Positions 48,109 through 57,763 of a stretch of DNA of 64,000 bases are shown here, one piece after another. Below the pieces are notes generated by a model. It saw only the letters and a program-made list of their open reading frames with translations. It did no database searches and had not been told where the DNA came from. Position numbers and translations under genes: made by a program. Source of the DNA: a virus; the IMG/VR virus record IMGVR_UViG_3300025437_000010, positions 46,199 through 110,198 of that record; one strand, given 5' to 3'. Position 1 is the stretch's first letter; every line of letters starts with the position of its first letter.

Positions 48109-48669
48109 ATGCGCGAAATAATAAACCTTTTGGAGGCAAAATCAAAGCCTCAAGACATTGAAATCATCCCACTTAACTTCACTGAACGTGAAGTTAATCC
48201 TGTTATGGGTAAAGATACGCTTGATCTTCACTATAATAAGTTAGCAAAAGGATATGCACAACGCTACAATGATGGTGAAGGTGATCCTGACTTTAACTAT
48301 GCTGGTGCATTCCTGCATAATATGTGGTTTCCACAATTTAGAGAAGTCAGAGAAAACAACAAACCAAATGGACCAATGTATACCTTTATAAATAAGCACT
48401 TTGGTAATTTTGATAAATTCAAAAATGATTTTCTTGAAGAAGCAATGAAGGTTCAGGGGTCAGGCTGGGTATATCTTGCCTATGACGGCAAAATTAAAAC
48501 AATCAAAAACCATGAAGTCCGAGACGATATACTGCTTCTTGTTGACTGGTGGGAACACGCATTTTTATTAGATTATGGGTCAGATAAGAAGAAATATCTC
48601 AAAGAACTTTGGAAGATTATCAACTGGAATGTGATGTCAACAAGGCTTGGAAAGTCTTGGAGTTCATAA
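48109..48669 (+). CDS. Fe/Mn superoxide dismutase
   Basis: LHYNK..GY, FLHNMWF, QGSGW, DWWEHA. Confidence 0.88.
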   Translation: MREIINLLEAKSKPQDIEIIPLNFTEREVNPVMGKDTLDLHYNKLAKGYAQRYNDGEGDPDFNYAGAFLHNMWFPQFREVRENNKPNGPMYTFINKHFGNFDKFKNDFLEEAMKVQGSGWVYLAYDGKIKTIKNHEVRDDILLLVDWWEHAFLLDYGSDKKKYLKELWKIINWNVMSTRLGKSWSS

Positions 48670-48672
48670 ACA

Positions 48673-50010
48673 ATGAGAGCATCCGACTTTGAAATCCACA
48701 ACTACAAAAAGCTGGACAAAATCCTTCTCAAATTGTGTGAGATGGTCATAGAGGAACACCATGATAATCCCGAGATGGATGGTCTTGTTGGTGCAGCCGT
48801 CCTTGATCCAAAAAACAACATCGTCACTGGCATAAGCACTAAATCAGATGACAAGTGGATTCATGCTGAACGTGAAGCCTTAAATAAATATGAAGCCAAA
48901 TATGGCAAAGTTCCAGAAGGTAGCATTATTGTTACCACATTAAGCCCATGCAATGATACTATGCATGATAGATATAGTGAAAGTTGCACTGATCTAATTA
49001 ATGCGAGTCCTGTTAAAAAAGTATACTGTGGATACACTGATCCAACACAAACTAAAAATCAACGTAAATTTACACAGTTAGAAACTGGAAACAGAAAAAT
49101 CAGGGAAATTTGTATGAGGATTTCAGAAATATTTTTGAAAAACAAAAATGACTTTATTAAAGAATCGCCAGAGCTTGATGAAATGGCGTTACAGCAGTTT
49201 ACTCCGTTAGGTGACTTTGAAAAGCCGGGACCATTCAGAGGCGTTGATAAGCGTTTAGTTCCTCATCCAAAAAATCAATTGAAAGCTGTTAAGTTTTTTG
49301 AGAAAACTCCTTATGATTTCAGACTATTCTTTAGTAATATTCCCGGAACTGGTAAATATGCTGAAATTGGCTCAGTAAGCCCCGAACAGCTAAAGAAAAT
49401 GTTTGGCGACCAAGCGCAACCAATCTTAGATGGGAGTGTTGATGCTATCACTGTGGTGTTTGTAGGTAACAGTGGTGATGCGAAAGTAATGATGACACCA
49501 TGGATTATGGCACATAGATTCGGGCATGCTGTTCAGGCAGGAAGCAGAAATAATAGAAACTGGAACGTTTGGACTGAAGCGGAAAAGCACTTCTTTAGTT
49601 CCGTTAATAACATGCTTGAACAATATTATGGAAAACTTCGTAACAAAAATCTTGATTTTGCAAACCGCTCAGCAGTTAAGTGGGACATGACACCAGAATA
49701 TAATGCCTTGTTTAACGCAATTGGCACTCAACGTAGCAGTCGGACTGGCCAAATTCGTCGTCCATATGAATTCCTGTATGAATTGTTTGCTCAGTATTTA
49801 GGGACCGGACAAGTAACACTTAATCCACTACCAACTAATTTGGGATACGGTCGCCAAAATTGGGGGAATCCAAGCAAATATCTAAATCTTAAGCCAGAAT
49901 ATCGTGACGATAGCGATAGGACAGAGGCTACTTCAGTATTGGCGAGGGATATGGAATATATGTTTGATGATGTCTTGTCAAATTCTGTTGGCAAAATTTT
50001 TGTGATGTGA
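48673..50010 (+). CDS. Two-domain protein: zinc deaminase (RibD/CDA-like) plus a second, zincin-like domain
   Basis: VGAAVL...HAEREAL...TLSPC...SC; linker ELDE; MAHRFGH...ELFAQY. Confidence 0.7.
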   Translation: MRASDFEIHNYKKLDKILLKLCEMVIEEHHDNPEMDGLVGAAVLDPKNNIVTGISTKSDDKWIHAEREALNKYEAKYGKVPEGSIIVTTLSPCNDTMHDRYSESCTDLINASPVKKVYCGYTDPTQTKNQRKFTQLETGNRKIREICMRISEIFLKNKNDFIKESPELDEMALQQFTPLGDFEKPGPFRGVDKRLVPHPKNQLKAVKFFEKTPYDFRLFFSNIPGTGKYAEIGSVSPEQLKKMFGDQAQPILDGSVDAITVVFVGNSGDAKVMMTPWIMAHRFGHAVQAGSRNNRNWNVWTEAEKHFFSSVNNMLEQYYGKLRNKNLDFANRSAVKWDMTPEYNALFNAIGTQRSSRTGQIRRPYEFLYELFAQYLGTGQVTLNPLPTNLGYGRQNWGNPSKYLNLKPEYRDDSDRTEATSVLARDMEYMFDDVLSNSVGKIFVM

Positions 50011-50043
50011 TGTGGAATAAATACAACAGATAAAGGAAAAATA

Positions 50044-50454
50044 GTGAGAGCACACGAATTCATAACTGAATCATTTGATCCAGATGATAGAGAAAATGGT
50101 TTACAGTTGGCAAGGCGTCCACTTCCGCATACTTATATTATCCCCGAGTTAACTAACCAAGATTTCTATAAAATTTATAGATTTGGTTTAAGTATTGCTG
50201 CTGTCAGAGGAGATGGTGGCAGAGAAGATGGGGTTCAAAATCTCAAATATCAAGAACCATTTGAAGCAGAAAGTGAATGGGGCGAACATGAAGTAGTATC
50301 CTCTTTTGATCCCGATATTGGTGCAGTAATAGACAAAGCACTAAAGTTAGTTCACTTAAAAGGTAAGAAATCAGTAAGCACTCCGGTCAGTCAAGAAGAA
50401 TCGGATGTTGAATATGTCTCTCCCATCAGACCGTTCAAGGGATACAAACGTTGA
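50044..50454 (+). CDS. Late protein with MRAxEFITE N-terminus
   Basis: ATAAATA promoter and AAGGA RBS; YKIYRFGL. Confidence 0.7.
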   Translation: MRAHEFITESFDPDDRENGLQLARRPLPHTYIIPELTNQDFYKIYRFGLSIAAVRGDGGREDGVQNLKYQEPFEAESEWGEHEVVSSFDPDIGAVIDKALKLVHLKGKKSVSTPVSQEESDVEYVSPIRPFKGYKR

Positions 50455-52175
50455 GGGCAGCAGAATTCATAACCGAAGAGTCAATCAAACTCAGTGGCTT
50501 TGGGCCTTCAGAGAAGACTAAAGAATGGGTTGTTAAGGTCTATGAAAAGTTTCCTGAAAGTCCCCTCAGTCGTAGTAATCGTCTGATGACTTTTGGTAAG
50601 GGCGATGACATGCAGATTGTGCAGTTTGAACTTACCCCTAAACAGGGAAACAAAGTAGAACTAAAATGGATTCAGGCAACTCCGCTGCGTTCTGGCGCGG
50701 GCTCAAAGGCGATGAAGATATTGCAGAATTTAGCACAACAAGATGATATTACACTTACGCTGTTCCCTTGGGATAAAGGTGCAGTATCACAAGCCAAGCT
50801 GATCAAGTTTTACAAAAAACACGGATTCCATCACATCGGTAAATCCAAAAATATGCACTGGGAACCCGTTAATGAAGTGCAGACAATTTCCCACAGTAAA
50901 GATGATGACAAGTTTTGGCAAGAACAAATGCAAAATAAATTCAAGTCGCTCAGTGATGCTGGAAAACTTAGTGAAGCGGGATCGTTGGGAAATTTAAATC
51001 TTTTGGTTGGTCCATTTGGGTATAGTGATGCATATTTCTTTATGGATGGTGATAAGCCAGTTGGGTTGGTAATGGTATCCAAAAAACATGCCCCAGAATA
51101 TAGAACCGTTACTATGTTTTATTTAAATTCTGAATATAGAAGACAGGGGCTTGCTATGGCATTTTATAAGATGCTATTAAGTCAATATAATCTCATGTCA
51201 GATAAAATACAATCTGAGGCGATGCAGGAGGTATGGAAAAAACTCGCGGCGATACCCGGCTATAGCATGAAGGAAGTCGGTGAACGATATCTCATCACTA
51301 AGGATACTGAAAATACACAGCAACTTGATGAGAGTCTAAGCAGAATCGTATATCACTATACCAACATATATGCTGCTTCAAATATTCTTGCAACTGGAAA
51401 CTTTGAACTGAGCAGTGCATTGGGCAGCATTGAACAACAATATATGCCAAAAGGATATCACTACTTTTTAAGCACTACCCGAACTTCAAAAGGTGGATAT
51501 CATGATTACGTTGGTTCATCTGCTGTTATGTTTGTGTTAGATGGTAATTATTATAACAGCAAATATCCATCAAAGCCAGTAGACTATTGGCAAAACCGCG
51601 ATCCAGCAAAATCTCATCATAGAAGACATGAGGCAGAAGATAGGTTGTTTAGCAAAGAACCATCTATTCCTATTAATGGCGTTACTGCTATTCATGTGTT
51701 TATCAATGATGATGCAGAACCAAATACTAAGGCACATGCAAGAAAAACTCTATTAGAAGCAAAAAAGCGTAATATTCCCGCTTACTATTATAATGATCTA
51801 TCTGCTTGGAGAAATCTTGATACATCCAAAACATCTCAAGTTAACGCACTTACTGGACAACAATCGTTTAGTAGATCATTCAGTAGACACCGTGGTTGGC
51901 TTATTCCTTGGCTTGAAGTAATGCAGGTTACAGATCGGTCTCAGCTAAGTTCAAAAGCCAAAGATATTATTCGTAATCTTGATAGCAATTACTACCAAAA
52001 AGAAACGACGCAAGGATTGGCAAATGATTTATCCAACGCCAGAAAACCAAGTTCCGGACCTGACAGAAAAAATGCAATCAAGATAATCAATTATATGAAG
52101 CAACACAAATTGTCTAATATCGCAGAGTTTGTTAATGCCATGGCTGAAAAATGGAATGCGATCAATAAATCCTAA
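50451..52175 (+). CDS. Polyvalent protein: GNAT, GNAT and ADP-ribosyltransferase-like domains
   Basis: RSGAGS...LIKFYKKHGF; YRRQGLA..FY; VYHYT...FLSTTR...EAEDR. Confidence 0.65.
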   Translation: MRAAEFITEESIKLSGFGPSEKTKEWVVKVYEKFPESPLSRSNRLMTFGKGDDMQIVQFELTPKQGNKVELKWIQATPLRSGAGSKAMKILQNLAQQDDITLTLFPWDKGAVSQAKLIKFYKKHGFHHIGKSKNMHWEPVNEVQTISHSKDDDKFWQEQMQNKFKSLSDAGKLSEAGSLGNLNLLVGPFGYSDAYFFMDGDKPVGLVMVSKKHAPEYRTVTMFYLNSEYRRQGLAMAFYKMLLSQYNLMSDKIQSEAMQEVWKKLAAIPGYSMKEVGERYLITKDTENTQQLDESLSRIVYHYTNIYAASNILATGNFELSSALGSIEQQYMPKGYHYFLSTTRTSKGGYHDYVGSSAVMFVLDGNYYNSKYPSKPVDYWQNRDPAKSHHRRHEAEDRLFSKEPSIPINGVTAIHVFINDDAEPNTKAHARKTLLEAKKRNIPAYYYNDLSAWRNLDTSKTSQVNALTGQQSFSRSFSRHRGWLIPWLEVMQVTDRSQLSSKAKDIIRNLDSNYYQKETTQGLANDLSNARKPSSGPDRKNAIKIINYMKQHKLSNIAEFVNAMAEKWNAINKS

Positions 52176-52208
52176 TTCTTATTGATAAATACATCATAAG
52201 GACTAAAG

Positions 52209-52988
52209 ATGAGTATATCCGGACAACAAAACATCAACATTGGCTTGCCAAATGAGTCTGCTGGAAGCGACTCATTATACACTGCATTTACAAAAACGCA
52301 GCAAAATTTTAACACTCTGTTTGCATGTTCGTTCTCTTCTACTGGATTTGTTTCTGGTAACGGCATTAACGTTACCTCCAATACAACCACTGGAATTGCA
52401 ACAATAACGAATACGGGTGTCACAAATATTATTGCTGGAACCAATATTACCATTGACCAATCAAACGGAAATGTTACTATTTCCTCAACTGGGGGTGGTA
52501 GTGGCAACGGTATACCCGGTGGTTCCAATGCACAGGTTCAATTTAATAATGCTGGATTATTTGGAGGGTCTCCAAATTTTACGTTTAACCAATCAACCGG
52601 AAATCTTACAATAACTGGAAATGTTTTAGCGACTAACCTAATCGGAAACGGTTATAATATTAGTTCAATTAATGCAAGTAATGTCACTTCCGGATCATTA
52701 CCAAGAGCACAGGCTCCATCACTTGCTGTTAGAACTATTATTGGCAATACTACTGTCACTCCTACTGATAATTTAATAATGGTAAATAGCACATCAACTA
52801 TTTTTCTACCATCAGCAAGCACTATGGTAGGTGTGCCCATTCAAATACAAAATAATGGAACTGGTGTTACGGTAACTGTATTACCATCCGGAACAGACTT
52901 AATAAATGGATATGCTAATGTTATTTTTACTAACAAAAATAGTTTGTTTGGATTTTTGTCCACTGGCACATCATGGGTTATTTTTTAA
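52209..52988 (+). CDS. Virion structural / fibre-like protein
   Basis: Late promoter; N-terminal GDSL-like SDSLYTAF; PGGSNAQVQFNNAG motif; N/T/G-rich. Confidence 0.7.
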   Translation: MSISGQQNINIGLPNESAGSDSLYTAFTKTQQNFNTLFACSFSSTGFVSGNGINVTSNTTTGIATITNTGVTNIIAGTNITIDQSNGNVTISSTGGGSGNGIPGGSNAQVQFNNAGLFGGSPNFTFNQSTGNLTITGNVLATNLIGNGYNISSINASNVTSGSLPRAQAPSLAVRTIIGNTTVTPTDNLIMVNSTSTIFLPSASTMVGVPIQIQNNGTGVTVTVLPSGTDLINGYANVIFTNKNSLFGFLSTGTSWVIF

Positions 52989-53002
52989 TAGGAACTAATT
53001 AA

Positions 53003-53557
53003 ATGGCATATATTGAAACACCTAATCTTCCAACAAATGCTGCACAGGAAAGTGGCGGAAATCTTGCTGCGATTGCTTCAGGACTCGGAACGGGCGGAAC
53101 CGGAATTTCACCTCCTTCTGGTGGTTCTGGAATTTTAGGATTCCTTTCTGGAATCTATTCCAGACTCGCATCAACTTTAAGTGTAACTATAACAGGAACA
53201 CCAAATGTTTCTGTAACAAACAATCCAGTATTAGGCGCTGGAACAAACAATATTGGAATAGTTACTCCGTATTACTTAGCGCCTTTATCGTGGAATGGGA
53301 TCACCGCATATGACATGCGAAAATATTCAACTGTAATTATTACTTGCACCGTTGCTCCTGCTACTCCATATCAGATTACTGTAAGCCCAGACAATAATTC
53401 AGACTTTATTCCACAAACTGTAGTGGTTAACAATTCATCAGGAATCACTACTACGAATACAATCAGCACTACTGGCACGTTTTCTCTTTCTGGTCGTCAA
53501 TTTGTTCAATTGACCGGTGGTTCAACTGGAACATTTTTCATTGCTGGAGGTCAATAA
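53003..53557 (+). CDS. Virion structural protein
   Basis: G/T/S-rich beta protein in late operon. Confidence 0.65.
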   Translation: MAYIETPNLPTNAAQESGGNLAAIASGLGTGGTGISPPSGGSGILGFLSGIYSRLASTLSVTITGTPNVSVTNNPVLGAGTNNIGIVTPYYLAPLSWNGITAYDMRKYSTVIITCTVAPATPYQITVSPDNNSDFIPQTVVVNNSSGITTTNTISTTGTFSLSGRQFVQLTGGSTGTFFIAGGQ

Positions 53558-55653
53558 TGTCAGATATTATTGCCCAATCACTGGCAGTTGCGGCAGAACA
53601 ACTGGCAATTTCTGCAAACACGAGTGCTAATACTTCTGCCACTATCGCACAAAACGCTCTCGGAACTATAACTCCGATTAATCTTGGCACAGTTAGTGGT
53701 CTATTGAGTGCAATTTCATTCACTACTAATGGAAGATATGAACTTACTACAAGTGGTAATATTACCCTTCCAAATTGGGGTTCATCTTTTACACCGGGCG
53801 TGCAAATTGACTTATTCATAACTCAAGGCGGCGGGTATAATCTCGTGTTTGATACCTATTATACGGTTCCACCCGGCTCTTCTTTAAGTTCAATAACTGG
53901 AGCAGTGGACATTGTTTCAATTGCGGTATTAAGTAATACTCTTGCTGTAGTTCGCGTCAGTAATGGGGTGAATTTATCTCCACCCGGCGCTACAACATTG
54001 ACATCATCATTTACCGTTCCAGTATTGAATAATACCGCAAATGTGGTTGTTGCAAATGGCAGTCAGTATACAAATGGAACATGTGTGTTATTAAATAGTT
54101 CCCCACCAATGTATGGATTAATTACTGCTGGTGGTGGAACCAATACCTTAACCCTCCAAAATTTATATTCTAATAATACATATGGACAAATAGCGGCAGT
54201 AAATTCATCAATTATAGTTGCTGGTGTTCCGGGAATTAATGCATATACTACATTGACTTCCACGTGGTCTTCTGGCTACTTTTATAACATATCAACAATG
54301 AATGTTGCCAATTCTAGTCAGTTTCCTGCTGGAAGTTATGGTATTGTTGTTGATGGTGGTTTAAATCTCTTGGTAAAAATTCTTAGTAACCCATCTTCCG
54401 GCGTACTTGAAGTAATTAATTTATCGCCATATGCCGTAACGGCTTTTAGTGGAACGTATTTAATTCCAACAGGAACACCCGGCACCATATGGACAACTGG
54501 CAGTTCCAATCCTACCACACCATATTATGGAAATTATGGGGACTTGTATCTTAATACCACAACCTCAAATGTGTTTCAGTGGACACAGAACAGTGATAAT
54601 GATTATTGGAACCAGATTGCAAACATAAAAGGTGGAGCAGGTCCTATAGGGCCAGGTGCCACTACCACCACAGCTAATGCTACCATTGCCAGCACAACTG
54701 TATTGCCAGTATCTAACGGAACCGCATTTCCAAACGGTTCATATGTATTTGCAACTGATAGTGGAAATTCAATTCAGGGAAGAATTACTTCTGGTGGGGG
54801 AACAACCTCATTATCCGTAAACGTTGCAACTGCAACCGGGACTCAGTTGAATTCTGGTGCTAATGTTACATTTTCTGGTGTTACGGGTGCAACTGGGTCA
54901 AGAGGACCTGCAGGTGGGGCAAGTGCTCCGAGACCGGGAACAATTAGTAATTATGCGACATCTTCACCAGCACTTAGTTTTACTGCATATACCATGCCAG
55001 ATAGCACAGGATCATTTACAATTGTAGCGGGTGCTATAACCAATAAATCAATCGCATCAAGTTGGACAGCAGGTTCTAATGGTGGGCTATTGGATACCGG
55101 AACAGTTGGTTCTTCCAGAACCTATCACATTTATGCTATCTGTAAGAGTGATGGAACTGGAGGCGATTATATTGGGTCTATATCGGCGTCTTCCCCAACT
55201 CTACCAAGTAGTTATATTGGTGGATATTATATAAGAATTGCATCAATTCCAGTAAATGCCAGCACACAATTTGTTAATTTTACTCACCGTGTCGGAAATA
55301 TATTTTATTTAACTAACGCAGCACATGATGCAAACCAAGTAATTACATCAACTGTTCCGCAACTACTAACATTAAGTGTTCCTACCGGTATCAGAGTTAA
55401 GCCTATAAGCAGATTCAATGGATCGGCATATTATACAACCGTGGCATCAACAGATGAAACTTGTGCTCCTGCGGGATCGTTTAATGTTACTGGAACTGCT
55501 GGATTTGATATAGCAACTTCTGCAACCTCATTATCAAGATATTTACTTACCAACACAAGCGGACAAATTCAGTTTGTTTCCGGAATTGGTGGTGGAACAC
55601 TGTCATGTTGGACAATGGGATGGGAAGATTCAGGATTATATTGGGGATATTAA
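53557..55653 (+). CDS. Tail-fibre-like protein with three internal repeats and short collagen-like linkers
   Basis: Repeats TTLTS...VANxSQ(F/Y)PxG; GDLYLNTTT; GLLDTGT...YHIYAI. Confidence 0.7.
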   Translation: MSDIIAQSLAVAAEQLAISANTSANTSATIAQNALGTITPINLGTVSGLLSAISFTTNGRYELTTSGNITLPNWGSSFTPGVQIDLFITQGGGYNLVFDTYYTVPPGSSLSSITGAVDIVSIAVLSNTLAVVRVSNGVNLSPPGATTLTSSFTVPVLNNTANVVVANGSQYTNGTCVLLNSSPPMYGLITAGGGTNTLTLQNLYSNNTYGQIAAVNSSIIVAGVPGINAYTTLTSTWSSGYFYNISTMNVANSSQFPAGSYGIVVDGGLNLLVKILSNPSSGVLEVINLSPYAVTAFSGTYLIPTGTPGTIWTTGSSNPTTPYYGNYGDLYLNTTTSNVFQWTQNSDNDYWNQIANIKGGAGPIGPGATTTTANATIASTTVLPVSNGTAFPNGSYVFATDSGNSIQGRITSGGGTTSLSVNVATATGTQLNSGANVTFSGVTGATGSRGPAGGASAPRPGTISNYATSSPALSFTAYTMPDSTGSFTIVAGAITNKSIASSWTAGSNGGLLDTGTVGSSRTYHIYAICKSDGTGGDYIGSISASSPTLPSSYIGGYYIRIASIPVNASTQFVNFTHRVGNIFYLTNAAHDANQVITSTVPQLLTLSVPTGIRVKPISRFNGSAYYTTVASTDETCAPAGSFNVTGTAGFDIATSATSLSRYLLTNTSGQIQFVSGIGGGTLSCWTMGWEDSGLYWGY

Positions 55654-55654
55654 G

Positions 55655-57742
55655 ATGGGTTTATACACAGGAACATCTTTACAGCAGGGGTTACCTCAAG
55701 GCATATTACAACCAGAAACAGTAACTTGGTATTCCCGATGTGCAGTTAAACCACCATATAATTATGTAACATATACTGATAATTTAATTTCTGAATTAAA
55801 ATCATCTGGTGTATGGCAGCAGCTAGAGGCATTATATCTATTAAACCAAAATGATTATGGAACAACGCCTTATAATTTAATACAGCCACAATTTGATTTA
55901 TATATACCATACGGCGTTTCCGGATTTCTTCCTAATGTGGGATTTCAGGGAAATGGCACAAATGTGAAATTGAATACTAACTGTAATTTATTTACGGATA
56001 CTACTAAATATACTCTTTCCAGTGCATCTATGTTTATGTGGTCATTGTCACAAAATTACTCCAGCACCACTTATGACATGGGATGTCAGAGCAATAATCC
56101 TTTGACTAGAGCGGCAATCTGTTGCCACAATAAAAACACATTTTCGTTCTATGCAAATAGTACTTATGCTGTCAATATGACTGTTGGTGCAGCCTCCCAA
56201 GGTGGGTTTTTTGCTTGGAGCCGAAATAATGATTTTAACAATGTTATTGGATATAACTCTGGCGGTGCAGTAAGTTTTCCTAGCACTGCGGTAGGTGTAC
56301 CTTACGTAAATCAGTTAACAATGTTTAATTTAAACGTAAATCAACCATATGTACAGGAAGGGTTTTCTAGCATTCAATGTCCATTATTTGGGTTCGGTGG
56401 CGGATTAACGCAAGCACAACTGGATTCATTGTATGGGGCATGCTTGGCTTATTTGAGCGCATGTGGGACTATTAATAATGATTATCCTATTGATGCTCCC
56501 ACATTTCCTGCTTATTTTTCTCCAAATAGCATAACACAAGTACGCACAATTAACGGCCCTGATTTTCGTGTATATCAGAATATTCCACCCCCGGTTGTTG
56601 ACAACCAAACTAATCAGATCAACAACCCACCAACCAATCCGGGATATGCATATTATCCGGAATCAGATTCTGGAACACAGGTAGTGGCAAGTTTACAGCC
56701 TTCTGTAACTTCAGAAACTACAATAGGCGGTCATCATTGGATTTGGCAGATGAGAGCATTGGCATCAGCACCCTATAATACTCGTCCTAACAATTTGGCA
56801 CCTGACTATCTCGCAGGAACAACAACATCGTATACTCTCGTGCGCAATGATCCAACTGTATCTGGAAGCCCTATGCTACAATGTAGAATGCAGTATAGCA
56901 GTTTAGAAACTGCCAATGCGGCAACTGAGACGTTACTGAGATATACTTTAGGATTTCCAGCACATAGTGATAGCACAGACCCAATGCAGTATGGATATTT
57001 AGATGTTGCCAATAATGCTGGAATACCTGATAGTTCTGTTATGTTTTTTCAGGATGCATATGATAATATAAACACAGTATTTCCTACCTACTTGACTGGG
57101 GTATTGGGTGGGCCATATTATGTTGGCATTGATCAGATTATACTTTCTTCTGCACGATTAATTGACTCTAATGTGGCAACCGGAGTTATATTAGATTCTG
57201 AGGCACAGGATGGAAGAAGTTCCAGTGATTTGTTACAACAACTTCAATTATATGCGGCACTTTGTGCTAGTGTCGGTTTAGAGTTTGTTGCGTACCCAAA
57301 TGCATGGAATGGCAGTGGTGCACAAAATACAGGATACTCATATGGAACAGTCAGTGACATTTTATTGGAACTGAACAATACTCCGAATTTAAAGTTATGC
57401 CTTGTTGCATGGAAAGGTAATGCTGAACAGAATATAACTCAGTCCTTAGATAACCAATTGGCATTAATAACAAAAGGACCATCCGGTACCGAAAATAATC
57501 CAATAAATTATGCAAATATTCTGATGACCGTGGGAATTGGATTTCCAACTTATGAACATAAAAATATAACTTTCAAAAATCCGGGACAATTCACCCCATC
57601 AGAATGTGCGATCATCAACAATTACATGCAAAGAGGAATGGCCGGAATGGTAGTTTGGAGAGATTATGGATCAGCAGGTGGACCATTAACCAGTTCGTAC
57701 AATCAAGTTCTTGCAGCCGTTTTAGGACTACCAACATCATAA
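55655..57742 (+). CDS. Fibre/spike protein with lectin-like N-terminal region and glycoside-hydrolase-like C-terminal domain
   Basis: LISELKSSGVW..L..LY; C-terminal GVILDSE...GMAGMVVW resembles a GH18-type barrel. Confidence 0.55.
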   Translation: MGLYTGTSLQQGLPQGILQPETVTWYSRCAVKPPYNYVTYTDNLISELKSSGVWQQLEALYLLNQNDYGTTPYNLIQPQFDLYIPYGVSGFLPNVGFQGNGTNVKLNTNCNLFTDTTKYTLSSASMFMWSLSQNYSSTTYDMGCQSNNPLTRAAICCHNKNTFSFYANSTYAVNMTVGAASQGGFFAWSRNNDFNNVIGYNSGGAVSFPSTAVGVPYVNQLTMFNLNVNQPYVQEGFSSIQCPLFGFGGGLTQAQLDSLYGACLAYLSACGTINNDYPIDAPTFPAYFSPNSITQVRTINGPDFRVYQNIPPPVVDNQTNQINNPPTNPGYAYYPESDSGTQVVASLQPSVTSETTIGGHHWIWQMRALASAPYNTRPNNLAPDYLAGTTTSYTLVRNDPTVSGSPMLQCRMQYSSLETANAATETLLRYTLGFPAHSDSTDPMQYGYLDVANNAGIPDSSVMFFQDAYDNINTVFPTYLTGVLGGPYYVGIDQIILSSARLIDSNVATGVILDSEAQDGRSSSDLLQQLQLYAALCASVGLEFVAYPNAWNGSGAQNTGYSYGTVSDILLELNNTPNLKLCLVAWKGNAEQNITQSLDNQLALITKGPSGTENNPINYANILMTVGIGFPTYEHKNITFKNPGQFTPSECAIINNYMQRGMAGMVVWRDYGSAGGPLTSSYNQVLAAVLGLPTS

Positions 57743-57763
57743 ATAACATCACGGGAAAAACAA

